Shown one piece after another: positions 12,916 to 26,500 of a stretch of DNA of 64,000 nt. The notes under the pieces are model-generated. The model made no database searches. It worked only from the letters and a program-made list of their open reading frames with translations, and had not been told where the DNA came from. Position 1 is the first letter of the stretch, and each line of letters opens with the position of its first letter. A program made the translations under genes and the position numbers. This stretch comes from Saccostrea cucullata (lineage: Eukaryota). The stretch is taken from positions 186,001-250,000 of the forward strand of contig NW_026932470.1 in the NCBI RefSeq assembly GCF_032062105.1, read 5' to 3'.

Positions 12916-15900
12916 CAAATTTTTACTATTTCTACTTTTTTAAAATTACTTTCTTTTTGAAATTTGATTTTTTTTAAAAATGTATAGATATAAGGTTTTT
13001 TAAAGATTTGTATTGATGTTTTTTTTTTTATTATGTATTTTTTTAATGGAATTTTTAATACCCATTGATATATTCTCGTAATTTGTCAGTTGCGTTACCT
13101 GCAGGATATTTGGGTTTTACTCAGGTAGACTTAGTTCAGATATTTGAAATGAGAAAAAATTGAATCAAATGCCAATGCTTTTATCTAATTTAATGACATT
13201 TTTTTCTCTGAAATTAAAAAAAAAATTTAAATTTTAATATCCACTGAAATTTTGTTCATGTTATATAGTTTGGATTCTTTTAATAACGGAGTATAGGCAT
13301 GTTATTTATACATGGTATATCAAAGTTAAAATTACAAATGCTCATTTTAAATGGGTTTTAGTATTCCATTCCCGTAATTGCACTTATTAAATGTTTGGTA
13401 GTTAAGTAGAAATTTAATCAATATCAATTGAATGTATTTAAACTGCATGCCTGAATGTCATAAAAAGAATTTTCTTTTGTTCAGCTCTCAAATTAAAGTA
13501 ATCAACATGCATTTCATGTACTGAAATTTTATAATAATATATATCATTGTAAATTTGAAAGGGCAACTTTACATTGACCAGAATTTTGCATGATGACTAG
13601 GATTTCTGGCTTGTTTGTGTATCGGTAGAGTTTTAGAGTTTCGACATATCAGGGGAGCCTTGGATATCAGACCGTATCTTATACTTCTAAGTGTCAGTAA
13701 GATCGTTGTTATTCTGGGGACACGAGACACCAGGGATGGCAGAAATCGGCATGTTCCTTCCTTTGATTCTGAGAACTGAGCTTGTGACACAGAGACAGAC
13801 ATTGTATCTATTTTAATGACTGATAACAGACTGATAACATGCATTGAGATATATCGTCTCTTTGATGTTCTTTGAGTGAGGATGGTAAATCCTTTAGTAA
13901 TATTGTATTCTGTGTAATTGATACAGGACTAGATATAATGGCTTTATTCTGAATATTTTTTACCTATGACCACCTAGCTCTTCAATTCATTGCAGTGCTA
14001 CAAGTATTCAATGGTGCAGTAACTACGGTATGCATCACAGTTTGTGCATATGCAGTCTAAGATTTTATTTTCCTAATGAAAGATTTACTTTTTGCTTAAT
14101 TTGTCTTGTTTGCTTGTTTTTATTTGTTTGTTTTTGAATTTTTTGGCTATTAAAAATATGTTTATGAGAAGGCACAGATTTCAGAAAGAAGCTAGGAGGA
14201 AAATTAATTTTGGTGTTCTTGTACTTGTTTTTTTTAAATTTCTGTCTTGCTGCTCTAGAATTTTCATGGATTATCTAGAATTAATTTTTCTGACTTTTAT
14301 TCTTAGGTTACATCCATACATTTATTGCTACTTGATCTTTAGGTGTAAAGTTAATTGTAAGTGACAGGTCAGGATGTTGGGGGGAGTCTATAGAGTTCAG
14401 GGGAGATCACTCTCTGATAACAGGTGAACTAGATCTGTGCGTTATAGGATCCAACTCTAATCTGCTTAGTGGCAGATGGTTGTATCATAATAATAATTTA
14501 AAGGTGTAAAATTTGAGGGTGCATGTATTATGATCTTCTTATGTATACATATATATACGGAGTCAGACTCACACTAAAGCTGGAAATTCTTTGATGTGGA
14601 GGGAATATGAGGTCCTGAATTGTTGTTGTTAGTTGTAATCAGCTATTAGTCTGTCAGGATACCTTTGATGAAATCATTCTAATCTCTGTAGGGATCTCAT
14701 GAAGCACTCTTCAAGGCTAGACATGCAAGTGCTTCCGGAGTCTGTGTTGTTCCCTTTGTGAAGTCCCGGGAAACTCACCTGCAATAAGCAATATACAAAT
14801 TGTCTCATTGAAAACACTCCGATTAGTGGCAGTGAGAACCCCTCGGTTTGACAGAATCATACTTAAGGAGGAACATGCCAGAGAATGTCCTTTTTCTTTC
14901 CATTTTTTTCTTTAATGAAGAAAAACAATTTGGATTTAATCGACTTTCTGCTGTAGTGATGGGTGACTGTAATGTTATCATTGCATGTTAGAAGAGAATC
15001 GGCCTTCCTTGTGTAGGGTACTGGGGTATGCCACAGATTTTATCTTTTACCGAGAATGAATTTCATTAAATGAGAATTTGTTGACTACTGTGGCAGACAG
15101 GGGAGATTTATTTTGAATTGACATGTTGGTGACAAATTAGCTGACACTCATTAAATTCTCTGTCAAAATATTTTACTGCAGCAAGTCTCTGTTGCTATGA
15201 AAAGTCAACAGGAGAGTTGAGAAGCCAGTGAAGCTCACCTGGGAAAGGGTCCTCTGGCTCCAGCAATGTGCTTGATTGATTGGGTTCTGATTTGTGTGGT
15301 CCCAAGATTGAGTAAAAGTTTATGACATTTCATCTCTTTGAGTTGGCAGATGAAAGAATTTTTTTTTCTTTGTACTGAAAGTTTTAGACATCTGGAAAAC
15401 ATGTGTACTTTGTTGAAATGTGATGAATGTTTTCTTGGAAGTCTGGCTGTAAAAGATTTAGTGTTAACAAATATACTGGGTTGATTTCTTGCTTTATTAG
15501 ATGGATTCAAAAGTTCCAATTTGGTGGGGAGGTGCTGGTATTAATTTAAAAAAAAAGTTCAGTGATACAAGAAACCATATATAGGACCCTTTGACAAGGT
15601 TTTCATGAGAATCATCAATCACATTAATGGTATTTGCTATTTTTGTAAACTAATGGGCTGTGTTGCCCAAAGTTATATTCTGAATAAACTACTAATACAG
15701 TGTTCTTTCCTATCCCCTCCCTCCATAATACACCACTGAAAATATGAAATCTGTATACGGTTATGAATTGTGAAAGCTGTGAAAGATGTAAAATTATTGA
15801 TAAATTGTATTTTAGCAAATTGATTTTATAAGCACATAGTCTAATCCATTTCTTTGGGACATGCTTACTCAATTAAAGGTTTGAGAAGTTGTCTCCTTCA

Positions 15901-16822
15901 GATTTAGGAGAACACTGATAAATTGATCTAAATAATTGGGAAACTTGTACTATTTCACAGGTACTTTAGTATAATGAATTGTGATTTATTATGAGTTTAA
16001 TTTTCAATATTCTCCATGTTGGAACATATTACTTCTTTTAAATTGAACTGTAAACTGAAATTTGGTCACTGATATATTGCAGATATTAAGAAATTTTTAA
16101 TTAGGGTAGCAAACTATCTACATGATCCGTCTTTGCTATTATTTTTGGAAGAGAATAATCCAAATATAGAATTCGATACTATTTTTTAATTTTATAAATA
16201 CCAGGAAGGAATAGAATGACTCTTAAAAGTCTGACATTCTTCAAATTATTTTTAAAAGATTGAATTTAGGATAAGAGAAGAATAATAGAACTGGTTGACA
16301 GATTGTCTGATCTATTGAGCATATGTAATAAAGGGGTTACTGGTGATTGTCTGAGGTGTGGGGCACGATGATTGTGATCACGAGCCAAATTAAATCTCTG
16401 ATCCCCGATCTTCTCACTGTGTTGACAAAAACTGCAGTGCATTAGCTGACTTTTTTGTGGTAAAGACTGACAATACAGTTTTGCAATTATATTGAAAACC
16501 TTGAAGGAGAGATATCAAAGGATATAAAAAATTTGAAAATGTCCCCTAATGATATTTAATGAGAGTATTGTACGCATGGGAACATGGGTAACTGGCACAA
16601 CTCTCCAAGATTTAGCTTTGGAATGACTCGTTAATAATATGGAAACATGAAAATATCCCATTAAAAAGTCATTTTTATTTTTGGGTCAAAGCATACTTCG
16701 GAAAATTATTCATTTTAGATGTAAAATAATGTAATTTCATGTAAGGGGATATCTAAATGACCTCCGTTAATTTTCATGGATATTATTTTGTAGGGTTGGT
16801 GACATGAGAGAAGGGAACCAGG

Positions 16823-18346
16823 ATGGGGAAGCCCATGCCACGCGTACTGGTCCTCCTATTTCTGTTGTCCGTGTTAACGATGGTCGTCATCACTAGATGG
16901 GGTCTCGTCATGGACAACATCTCGACAACAGTCCCCCAGCAAACCCGCCACACCCGAGAATTATTCCAGGCCGCCATCGAGGAATCAGAGAAGAGACATC
17001 AGAACAGGATTGAGGAACTTCAAAGTAGAATCAGAGACCTGGAGGGGATTCTCGATTCCCAGAGGTTACAGCGGGAAAATGTAACGGCCAGCGTGAATGA
17101 GTCCGAGAGTCAAAGTAGTCAAGTACACAAGTACCTCAGTGAGAAACTTCAGGCAGCTGAAATCCTTCATGGAGTGGAAATGAAAAATGAATTTGAGATG
17201 ACGGCATTCAACAGATTTACACTGAACAGGATTTATCTGGTGGACCCAGGGCTGGGGAAGAGAGTAGTGGAGAAACCGATAGGTTCAAAGAGGAGGGACT
17301 TGTACGACGTCATCTCTTATAGTGTCAGCATACTGAATGAACAACGCAAAAACATGTCCAAAATTTTTACTGCTAGTGATTTTATAGAAGGAATATACAG
17401 GACAGACCCTGCTTCTGGGACGCACTATGAACTTTATTTCAGAAATATCAATTCTAAGGAATCGGGGAGATACTCAAAAGTTGCTATTCTTAAACCGTTT
17501 GGTCCATTAATGACTGCCATCAACACCACAGTCAGAACCAGGGAAACCTGGATAAATATCATACTCCCTTTAAAGGGAAGGTTGGATTCTCTGGAAATAT
17601 TTATGAAAAACTTTGTAGATGTTTGCATTGCAATTGACAAGCATATTTACTTAACTATTGTTTACTTTGGGAAGGAGGGGCTGGACACTGTGAAAAATAT
17701 AACTAAAACCGTCAGTCACACCCATGGATATAAGTTCATGAGAGTCATCAACGTGAATGAAGAATTTTCGCGGGGAAGGGGCCTTCAGATTGGAATAGAA
17801 ACCTGGAGGAGTAAGGATGTTGTTATATTCATGTGTGATGTAGATATCATATTTAATGCTGAATTCTTAGAAAGGTGTCGACTTAATACCGAGAAACAGA
17901 AGAAAGTTTACTATCCTATTGTTTTCAGTTTATTTAATCCAAAATTGGTTTATTCTCTAGAAAACAGAACAATTCCGTCCATCAAAAGACAATTAGTGAT
18001 CTCCAAGACGACGGGGTTTTGGAGGGACTTTGGTTACGGAATGACATGCCAGTACCTCTCAGATTTCCAGGCCGTGAAGGGGTTCAGTGAGGGGATAATA
18101 GGCTGGGGTGGGGAGGATGTGTTTTTATACAAAAAGTACGTCCGCAGCAACATGATAGTGGTCAGAGCCACAGATCCAGGGATATTTCACTTGTGGCATG
18201 ACAAGGTGTGTCCGGTCACTTTGTCTGCGGACCAGTACAGGGGTTGTATCCGGTCCAAGTCCCTTAGTGAGGCCTCTCACGCACAGCTCGGTATTCTCGC
18301 CTTCAAGGACCAGATAGACATTCAAAAACTCCAAAAGAAAAAGTAG
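16823..18346 (+). CDS. CSGALNACT: Chondroitin sulfate N-acetylgalactosaminyltransferase (CHGN family), type II Golgi membrane protein, single coding exon
   Basis: 507-aa ORF with N-terminal TM helix and coiled-coil stem. Motifs DFIEGIYRT..GTHYELYF, FSRGRGL, FMCDVD (DxD), YYPIVFSLFNP, GFWRDFGYGMTCQY, GWGGED and HLWHDKVC. Confidence 0.93.
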   Translation: MGKPMPRVLVLLFLLSVLTMVVITRWGLVMDNISTTVPQQTRHTRELFQAAIEESEKRHQNRIEELQSRIRDLEGILDSQRLQRENVTASVNESESQSSQVHKYLSEKLQAAEILHGVEMKNEFEMTAFNRFTLNRIYLVDPGLGKRVVEKPIGSKRRDLYDVISYSVSILNEQRKNMSKIFTASDFIEGIYRTDPASGTHYELYFRNINSKESGRYSKVAILKPFGPLMTAINTTVRTRETWINIILPLKGRLDSLEIFMKNFVDVCIAIDKHIYLTIVYFGKEGLDTVKNITKTVSHTHGYKFMRVINVNEEFSRGRGLQIGIETWRSKDVVIFMCDVDIIFNAEFLERCRLNTEKQKKVYYPIVFSLFNPKLVYSLENRTIPSIKRQLVISKTTGFWRDFGYGMTCQYLSDFQAVKGFSEGIIGWGGEDVFLYKKYVRSNMIVVRATDPGIFHLWHDKVCPVTLSADQYRGCIRSKSLSEASHAQLGILAFKDQIDIQKLQKKK

Positions 18347-20592
18347 TCTTCCTTCTATTATGTCCTCTCTAATCTTTTACTTTGCTGTATTATCATATTT
18401 GGGTAAAATTTGAGAGTTTCTTTACAAAAATGCCACAATTAAGGTAGATTATTATTAAATTCCCATGTATTTAGGACATTTTTATGATTTTCAAGGAGAT
18501 TTAACACCTGGTATCATGATATTCCAGCTAGGGCAGCTACTTAAAGAAGTTATAGGCCTAATTGTCCTTGCTATACTTATAAGTGCATTGAATAGAGATA
18601 TCTAGGAATTATAATTTATAAACCATATTTATCTTGAGGTACTACTCGCCCTCAAATTTTGAGTACTCTGAGTAAATATTTTCCTCCATATGCTCAGACA
18701 ATCAGGGAGAAGATATGTATAGAATATATATATAACACTTATTCTTCAATCTTTAAATGTTCACTGAAAATAACCATTAGACAAATCTACCAAAAAAGAC
18801 CATAAGAAAATTAAAGTCTTCTACATTGTATTTGAAAAAAAGGGGGGGGGGGGTTATAGTTCTTTGTTTTAATTTGGTGCTAATATGTTTCTTAATTCAT
18901 TTTTATATATCTATAATAGTATACAGACTTAATAAGGAATTGAACTGTTTTCATTTTGCACTATTTTCAGTCCCTTCTCTCTGTATGACAGTGTATGATT
19001 GTGTTCAGATAGAGAAATTCTAGTCTTATTTTAACATTATAACTTTTATACATTCAGAGGTTGTATTACCTGGCAGCACTTGTTTTCTATTAAAATAAAC
19101 TCTGATCTTTAAAAATGTTTGTCATTCTTTTTTGTACAAGATCGATTGTTTTGTGAAAAACAAATAAAAAACAATCTAAAGGGAAGATACAGAAATGCAG
19201 ATGCAGAAGGATGAGAATCAATGACCTTGACCTTAAAATCAAAAGGATACTTTCTTATTAAGGTAGGGAGATTCAGCACCTTAAATTTCTTTGCAAACAC
19301 TCGAAGGAAAATTATCCCAAAACACATAATCCAATTAAGGCATTTCAGACCTTGAGCATTGACCTCAAAATCAATGATTGCCAAAGATTTCATTACAAAA
19401 GCTTAAGGAGAACTTGATTAATCATTTGAGAACTTTTTTTCTCCAATATTGGAATTTCTGACTTTGATATTTTGACCCTGGAATTGATAGGGTCTTCTTT
19501 GTCCAAGTTGTAGGGTATTGCATATACACATGCATGTGCTTCACAAGGAAAGGAAATTATCATTTGAAAACCACTTTATGTAATACCTATATTAATTTCT
19601 TTTACCTTGAACTTTGACCTCAAAATAAATCATCTGTAGTGTACTTTTTCTGACCTTGACCTACTCTCTTGATCATTTCAAAATATCCAAGATCATTGCT
19701 TTGGATACTGAGAGGTTTCTAATTATTAATCAAATACTGAAATTGATGCAACTTGGGCTTTGAAACAAATTTTTAAAAAGTAGATCACTGACCTGAATTT
19801 GAAATTGTTTTAGATGTATATTTTGGACGCTGGGGCACAATATCAAACTTTTTTAGTTGGGGAATGTTAGGCCCTCCAGCATGTCAACCCAAAAGTTTGT
19901 CACTGCAACCTACTTTAAAATTTGCATATTTCAGATATTAATTGACCTAAAATCGTCAAACTTTTTCTGTTTTGTATCTTTAGTTTTTGGAGTGTGTTGA
20001 TAGGGACCAAATTTCGTAGTTTCATGGCTATATTAAATTCGTTCAACTTTCGATGCATCTTGAACCTTTCTGGTGTGTCAAATAAAATTTAGTTCATCGG
20101 GTCCTACTTTTGAAATTTCAAAGCGTTAAAAAAATATACATGTAGGTCAATTTAGTTTCGATTCTCAGCATATCACGGGAAGTATAAGGAATTTCGGAGT
20201 GAACTTTGGTAGTAATGTAGATTTTTTATATTTTAAATGGATTTGAATAGAAAGTGAAAATCATGATAATTTGATGTTTAAATATTTTATTTTTAATGTG
20301 GGTACCTTATGTAAGGAGTTCCATACCTTTACTTTTTTTAACACCCCAATTATGATTTTTTTTTAGTGGGATTAGATCGACCTAAAGGCCTGTCGTTTCT
20401 CTGAATTGTGTCCAAAGAAGAGGGCGGACGCTAAATGCATGAAAAAATGTATCAATTGTTAAATACATCAAACAAAACCCTCATGGACGTGCCAAAGTAA
20501 CATTTTCAAGCTCTTGATTTTGAAGCTCTCGATCCTCGTCATTAGTTTTAGATTCACAGAACCAATGCCATCTGCATATATATAGTTGGGAG

Positions 20593-20773
20593 TACAGCAA
20601 AACTCGTTTAGTACGAACACGGATTAATTGCGAATTAACGGATATAGCGAAGTCATCTTGGATCTCCAGCTATATAAATTTAATGAATTTCTTATACAGT
20701 TATAACGAATTACGGATATAACGAAGTAATTTCATAGGTCCTAGTGACTTCGTTATAACCGAGTTTTGCTGTA
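20593..20773. mobile_element. Tc1/mariner(pogo)-type MITE, TA target
   Basis: TA-cagcaaaactcgtttagtacgaa ... ttcgttataaccgagttttgctg-TA; internal repeats of cgaatt(a)acggatata. Confidence 0.8.
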
Positions 20774-21489
20774 CATTCACCCAATACGGAAAGTATCATT
20801 TTTGCATACGACCGTTTTAATCAGTTTTTAAGTTGACTTGTAAATTATTATTAATTGATAAAAAAAAAATAAAGAGCTACTTCTTCAAATAGAAGTCACA
20901 TGTATTATTTTAAAAAAATGGCCCCGTGTCTGTTCACAGCAAATGGAAAGTGTCTTGTCTGAGTTTTATCTCGGGATGCCAAGTCTCAATTACGAAGCCA
21001 AATTTATCAGGAGTTGGGATTTTAAGCCAGAGTTCATGAATTAGGCTTTCGATTTTGCAAGTGTAATGTAATTTTCTACAAAGATAAAATTTATAATAAT
21101 CAGTGCTTTTAATAACAGGTTTAATTAGTTTAGGTTTTTCCGTGTAATTTTTTTTTCCGGAAGAAAAACTGTCTCTGACATAGTCCTGAACACCACCCAT
21201 CTCAGAAAAATGGATCCATATACAATGATATGGACACAACGAAAGAAATAATGTCGGGAATCTTACTATGTTTAATAGCTACAGAATGCAATTTCCCCAT
21301 TATACCCCAACCATACAATATTATTATTCCTTTATTTAACATAAAAATGTAAAACTTTACATCTTACATGATACAATTGATGTTCATTGATCACTCAATA
21401 CGTTTTTTATAATTATATTACCTTTACCGATTTCTTACAATAAAAAAGTTATGCAGTAAAATGTGAATAATTCCCTAGAAATCTCAGTG

Positions 21490-21935
21490 AATGGACTAAT
21501 TCCCCGTGCGTTAGTTAAATGAGCTAATCCCTGCTTCCGTCCCTGCTTCGGAAGCTAATTTCCAGGTTATCCGTAATCCTCTCTATTTTACTTTTGAATC
21601 AGTCTGATATGTTAATGGACTAATTTCCGTGCGTTAGTCTTGAAGCTAATTCCCTGCCATTCGTAATCCTCTAAAAAAAAAAAAATAGGGTAGTAGGAAA
21701 CAAGACTATTATTTTTTTTTGCCTTGGCAAGATTCCAGTTCCCCAAGGCCAGGACTATTTCCCAAGGCGCAGCCGAGGGAAATTGTCCTGCATGGTGCGC
21801 CTCGGGAAATAGTCCTGGTCGAGGGGAACTGGAATCTTGCTAACTCCCTCAGTTACATGTATATACTTTTTAACTGTTTTATTATACCGATACAAAAGTA
21901 AAAAAAAAGTAGAGGATTACGAATGACGGGGAATG
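21490..21935. repeat. Foldback element with central GC-rich hairpin
   Basis: Near-perfect inverted arms gcaagattccagttcccc..ccaggactatttccc / gggaaatagtcctgg..ggggaactggaatcttgc (21727-21840). Outer ttcgtaatcctct / agaggattacgaa inverted pair, plus a direct duplication at 21490-21670. Confidence 0.7.
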
Positions 21936-22163
21936 ACATTTATGTATGTCTTTTGAAACATTTCTAATTTTCTAAACCTAGGAAGAATGAAATTTTTAGG
22001 GATTGACCATTTGTTTTTACAGTCAATAAAAAAAGTTTCATTTTTACACAATACATTACGTTTTTTGATTGTGAAAATTTGGTTCAAAACCGAGGGCGAA
22101 TTTTGGCGAAAAGAGTCATGACGTCATAGTGGCTGAAAACAAAACTCAACGTTCCAATCAAAG

Positions 22164-23162
22164 ATGTCACGTAGCAAAGGATCGTCAATAAAGCGACTTC
22201 TCTGTTCACGAACGGGACAGGAAAAGGGGGATGTCTATGGTGAAGATTATGAGAAAATGCAGACGGAAACTGAACTCCTCAAAGCAATGGTGGAGAATTT
22301 CGAGGGGAAGTTGGACCGTCTGCTAATGTCCAGCGATAGAGAACGTCAACTTTCTGACCTTATCAAAGAGAAAGGCGAAGGTCTAAAAGCTGAAAATGAC
22401 GATCTGAAGCAAGAGAACAAGCGACTTGATGCAGCCAATCGAGAATCAGAAAAGGAGTTGGTTGTGGCTTTAAGTAATTACAGGGCACTTACCACAAAAC
22501 ATTCGTTTACAACAGACATGTTAGAGATGCTGAATAAAAGAGTAAAAGACTTGACAGAAATCATTGATAAACACAAGGAAGAGAAAGCGAATCTTCAGGG
22601 AGAGCTGAAAGTCCTGAAAGACACGACCAACAGCCTTAAGTCGCAGCTAGCGATGGTGGACGATGGTAAAGCCTTGTGTGAATCCGAATATGAGGTACTT
22701 ATCAGAGAAAAACGACAGTTACAGGCACTACTGGTCAAACAAAACGAAGCTAACCAAAACAGACTGCGCTCGGCATGGATGCGCTTCCATCAGATGAAAG
22801 AAGAGCGTGACGAGCTTGTCGCCCAAGTTTCTGCACAATCTCCTCGAACACGCACGCCCAAATTAATGGCGGCACTTCCTGATACAAGTAAATTGGACTC
22901 TGGCATCATTACCGCGTCAGGAAAATCCCCAGAACAAATGATATTTGAAACCAGAATAATGAAGCTGGAGATGACACTGTTTCGTAGAAATAAACTGATA
23001 GAAAATCTGACACAGAGACTTAAGAACCATAACCCAGAATTTTCTTTGTTCCACGACCCCGAGGTGGCGGCGTATGTCGACGATGAACTAATGCAGGACG
23101 TCCAGCTGTCGGACTGGGATGTGGACTCCCAGGTCAGCTCCGACTCACAGTTAACATTGTAA
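22164..23162 (+). CDS. Intronless coiled-coil protein of unknown function (332 aa)
   Basis: Long ORF with raised GC and E/K/L-rich heptads. CRE TGACGTCA at 22119-22126 upstream; two AATAAA signals directly after the stop. Confidence 0.8.
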   Translation: MSRSKGSSIKRLLCSRTGQEKGDVYGEDYEKMQTETELLKAMVENFEGKLDRLLMSSDRERQLSDLIKEKGEGLKAENDDLKQENKRLDAANRESEKELVVALSNYRALTTKHSFTTDMLEMLNKRVKDLTEIIDKHKEEKANLQGELKVLKDTTNSLKSQLAMVDDGKALCESEYEVLIREKRQLQALLVKQNEANQNRLRSAWMRFHQMKEERDELVAQVSAQSPRTRTPKLMAALPDTSKLDSGIITASGKSPEQMIFETRIMKLEMTLFRRNKLIENLTQRLKNHNPEFSLFHDPEVAAYVDDELMQDVQLSDWDVDSQVSSDSQLTL

Positions 23163-23583
23163 ATAAAAGAGTCAATAAAACTTCAAAATATTGCAGTATT
23201 AGTCTTTATATCAAAGGGACAATTACTTAATGAACCAGATCCTGTTTTAATTAACTCCCTCGACCTGTTTCATCATAATGTTGCACACATACTTTTTTTT
23301 TTTTTAATTTACTTCTTTATCACGTAAAACACAACAAAATGCATTTCAATGCATTAACTATATTATGATAAATTCAAAATGTCCATGAACTATTTTTTCA
23401 AATAGTACATATATGCTAAAGAAGTCAAACATCTGTTTTCTAAAACATTATCATCCAAATAAATCACGAAAAAACATGTCCTCAGTAAAATGCAAGAATA
23501 TGACGTCTATGCACCAAATGAACGAACTCTTGGTGTTATCACACTTCCAACACACCCCATATCCAAGTGCCCGCTTGGTTTGG

Positions 23584-26500
23584 TTATAACGGTCTGACGA
23601 GGTCCGGGGCCTGGGCCAGCAGAGCGTCCTGTATAGCACTGGTCAGCCCCTTCAGTCTGGACAGTCCCTCCAACAACTCACCAGCCCCGTCTCTGAAACA
23701 AACATATTTTTTCAATTTTTGAGATTAAGGTTTGAGACAAATACCTATTACTTATTTATGCTGAGATTCCGTGTCAGTCAAAATATCCAGCCGAAATAAA
23801 TCCAATAACAGTTTATTGTTTAAAAAAAAAACAACTAAGAAGTCAGTAAATATATAAGGATTTATTTACTATTAAGTCAGTAAATATATAAGGATTTATT
23901 TACTAAGCATCCATAAAAGTGAGATTGTGGAAGGCTTGTGCAAATTTTACGGAAAGATTATGGGTGATATACGCATTTTACAAAGTTCCCGTAAACCGTG
24001 CGGAATTTACGGCAAGTTTGCGTGAGTCCATCCTTCATATTTAAAAAAATGATGTCACCTTGCTTACTGTCATATAATTTTACCAAATCAGACAAGAAAA
24101 AAAAAAAACATCGGTTCTACTTGTATGCGAGATATCATCGATTCGAACCGAAGACAGACTTGCAAGTTGAACAAACCCCTTCCCTCCTAAAAAAGAGAAA
24201 ATATTACAAAACGGAAACAAAGCAGGGATATAGCATCATTTTAGAGAAAAAAGGAGGGGGGGAACTTACTTGCAAAAAAAAAAAAAAAAAAAAAAACAAC
24301 GGGGGGGGGGGGGTAGGTTCCAACTTCTTTCAGTACCAAACTTTATTCAAACACTACTATAAAAACACGTTTTTGACTACTTTTAAACAGAAATATGGAA
24401 CCAGACTTTCAGTGAACATTTCCAACAGCAAAAAGTTAAATTAAAAAAAGTGTGTGTGTGTGTTGGGGGGGAGGGCTCTGTTGCTACGTGCCTGCAAGGG
24501 GTGCCCTTGATTTTTCTACACTAGACACAATGTGTACACCTTCACATAATCAAGAGCAAAGGTGTAAACCAGCTATATCATGCACAGGGCAGTGTTGCTA
24601 AATGCACCAAAAATTCAATAATGGCGAAAATGTCTCGAAGGGTAAAACTGCATTTTTTTCCATTTGAGATTACTGTCAAGTACTAGTATTTGTTAGATCA
24701 ATTAATGATTGTAAATTGTGGTAAGTAATTTTGTCTCATGTTTTATAGCATCTGGTTGGTCAGACCATGGGTTTCCAATAATGGTTTTATAGGGAAAAAA
24801 AAGAAAACTCTTGTTTTTAAACCTTTTTTTAAATATAAATAATCAAAAATAAGCTTTCAGCCGGTTTGGGTGAAAAAATCACCGTATCTTTTTATAAGCA
24901 CCTCCTATTTATACACACTCTCTTTTTATATCAGTAGACAAACTTTATAAATACATTATAGTGATAAACAATGACAACTTCTTAGACCTTTGAAACATGC
25001 AGAAAAACATGTTTTCCGAACTCTGCCAAAGCCCAAGATGATGTGCTTGTATTGACAAGTTCAGAAGCAAGAAATATAAGAAAATAAATTAAATAAGTCA
25101 TCCATATCAGAAAAGAACCATTTGCGTAAAAGCTTTAGAAGTTAAAGAAGAAATTAAACCAGGGAAGTGAAAACTTTGAGGAACATTTGAACAGTTCTGA
25201 GGTACGTACCTGAGAAGTTCACTGCAAGTGTCTGACGGGTTGATAGACATCACATTAAAGATGGCTCTCATTGCATGCATCTTGACATGACTGTTAGGGG
25301 ACTTCAAACATTTGAATATTATCACTGGTAACATGTTTTTCTGAAAGATAAGGCTAATCTAGGTATATTTTTTATCTAACAATTTTTCATCTAAGGCATA
25401 GTGTTGAAAGAATCTTACAATCTTGCTGGCATTTTGCTGAAACCTGGCGAAGTTTGCCAGTCCCCTGGCGGTGTGACTCTGTAAGTCTGGGTTGGTGTCA
25501 TCTCTTTTTAGCAGCTCTCCCAGGCCATCTAATAAATCTTGTAAACCTCCCTAAAAGAATGGATTTTTAGAGAATTTTGAAAGACCAAGACAACATTCAT
25601 TTGAGTGCATCAATCAAAGGGAAGCAATACTGAAGGGATGTACTCAGATTTTGTTATTTAGCTTCATAGACTTCTTCCCTAGCCAAGGGTTTCTGATACG
25701 CTTCTTGTTCTCTCCTCATAAACCCAATGTTAATGAGGAGAACAGGATATCAGAAACCCTTGGCTAGCTAAGATACTCCATAGAGTTAGGGGAATATTAC
25801 CTGGACTTCACTACTTGTAGCCAGGTTAGCTATGAGACAGGCAGTATTACAGAGTAGGGAGAAGATTACCTGGTCATCACTACTTGTAGTCAGGTTAGCT
25901 ATGAGACAGGCAGTATTACAGAGTAGGGAGAAGATTACCTGGTCATCACTACTTGTAGTCAGGTTAGCTATGAGACAGGCAGTATTACAGAGTAGGGAGA
26001 AGATTACCTGGTCATCACTACTTGTAGCCAGGTTAGCTATGAGACAGGCAGTATTACAGAGTAGGGAGAAGATTACCTGGTCATCACTACTTGTAGTCAG
26101 GTTAGCTATGAGACAGGCAGTATTACAGAGTAGGGAGAAGATTACCTGGTCATCACTACTTGTAGCCAGGTTAGCTATGAGACAGGCAGTATTACAGAGT
26201 AGGGAGAAGATTACCTGGTCATCACTACTTGTAGTCAGGTTAGCTATGAGACAGGCAGTATTACAGAGTAGGGAGAAGATTACCTGGTCATCACTACTTG
26301 TAGTCAGGTTAGCTATGAGACAGGCAGTATTACAGAGTAGGGAGAAGATTACCTGGTCATCACTACTTGTAGTCAGGTTAGCTATGAGACAGGCAGTATT
26401 ACAGAGTAGGGAGAAGATTACCTGGTCATCACTACTTGTAGTCAGGTTAGCTATGAGACAGGCAGCATTACAGAGTAAGGAGAAGATTACCTGGTCTTCA

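Noticed and set aside
5900-16700. Numerous 60-95-aa ORFs
   Set aside because: AT-rich composition, no motifs or phase-consistent exons; expected by chance.
16783-18334. Minus-strand ORFs over the GalNAc-transferase
   Set aside because: Short antisense frames with no independent support.
23839-23905. Local ~35-bp direct duplication
   Set aside because: Two copies only and not at a splice junction; ordinary slippage.
23998-24444. 148-aa K/G-rich ORF
   Set aside because: Produced by A and G homopolymers inside a FYVE-ARM intron.
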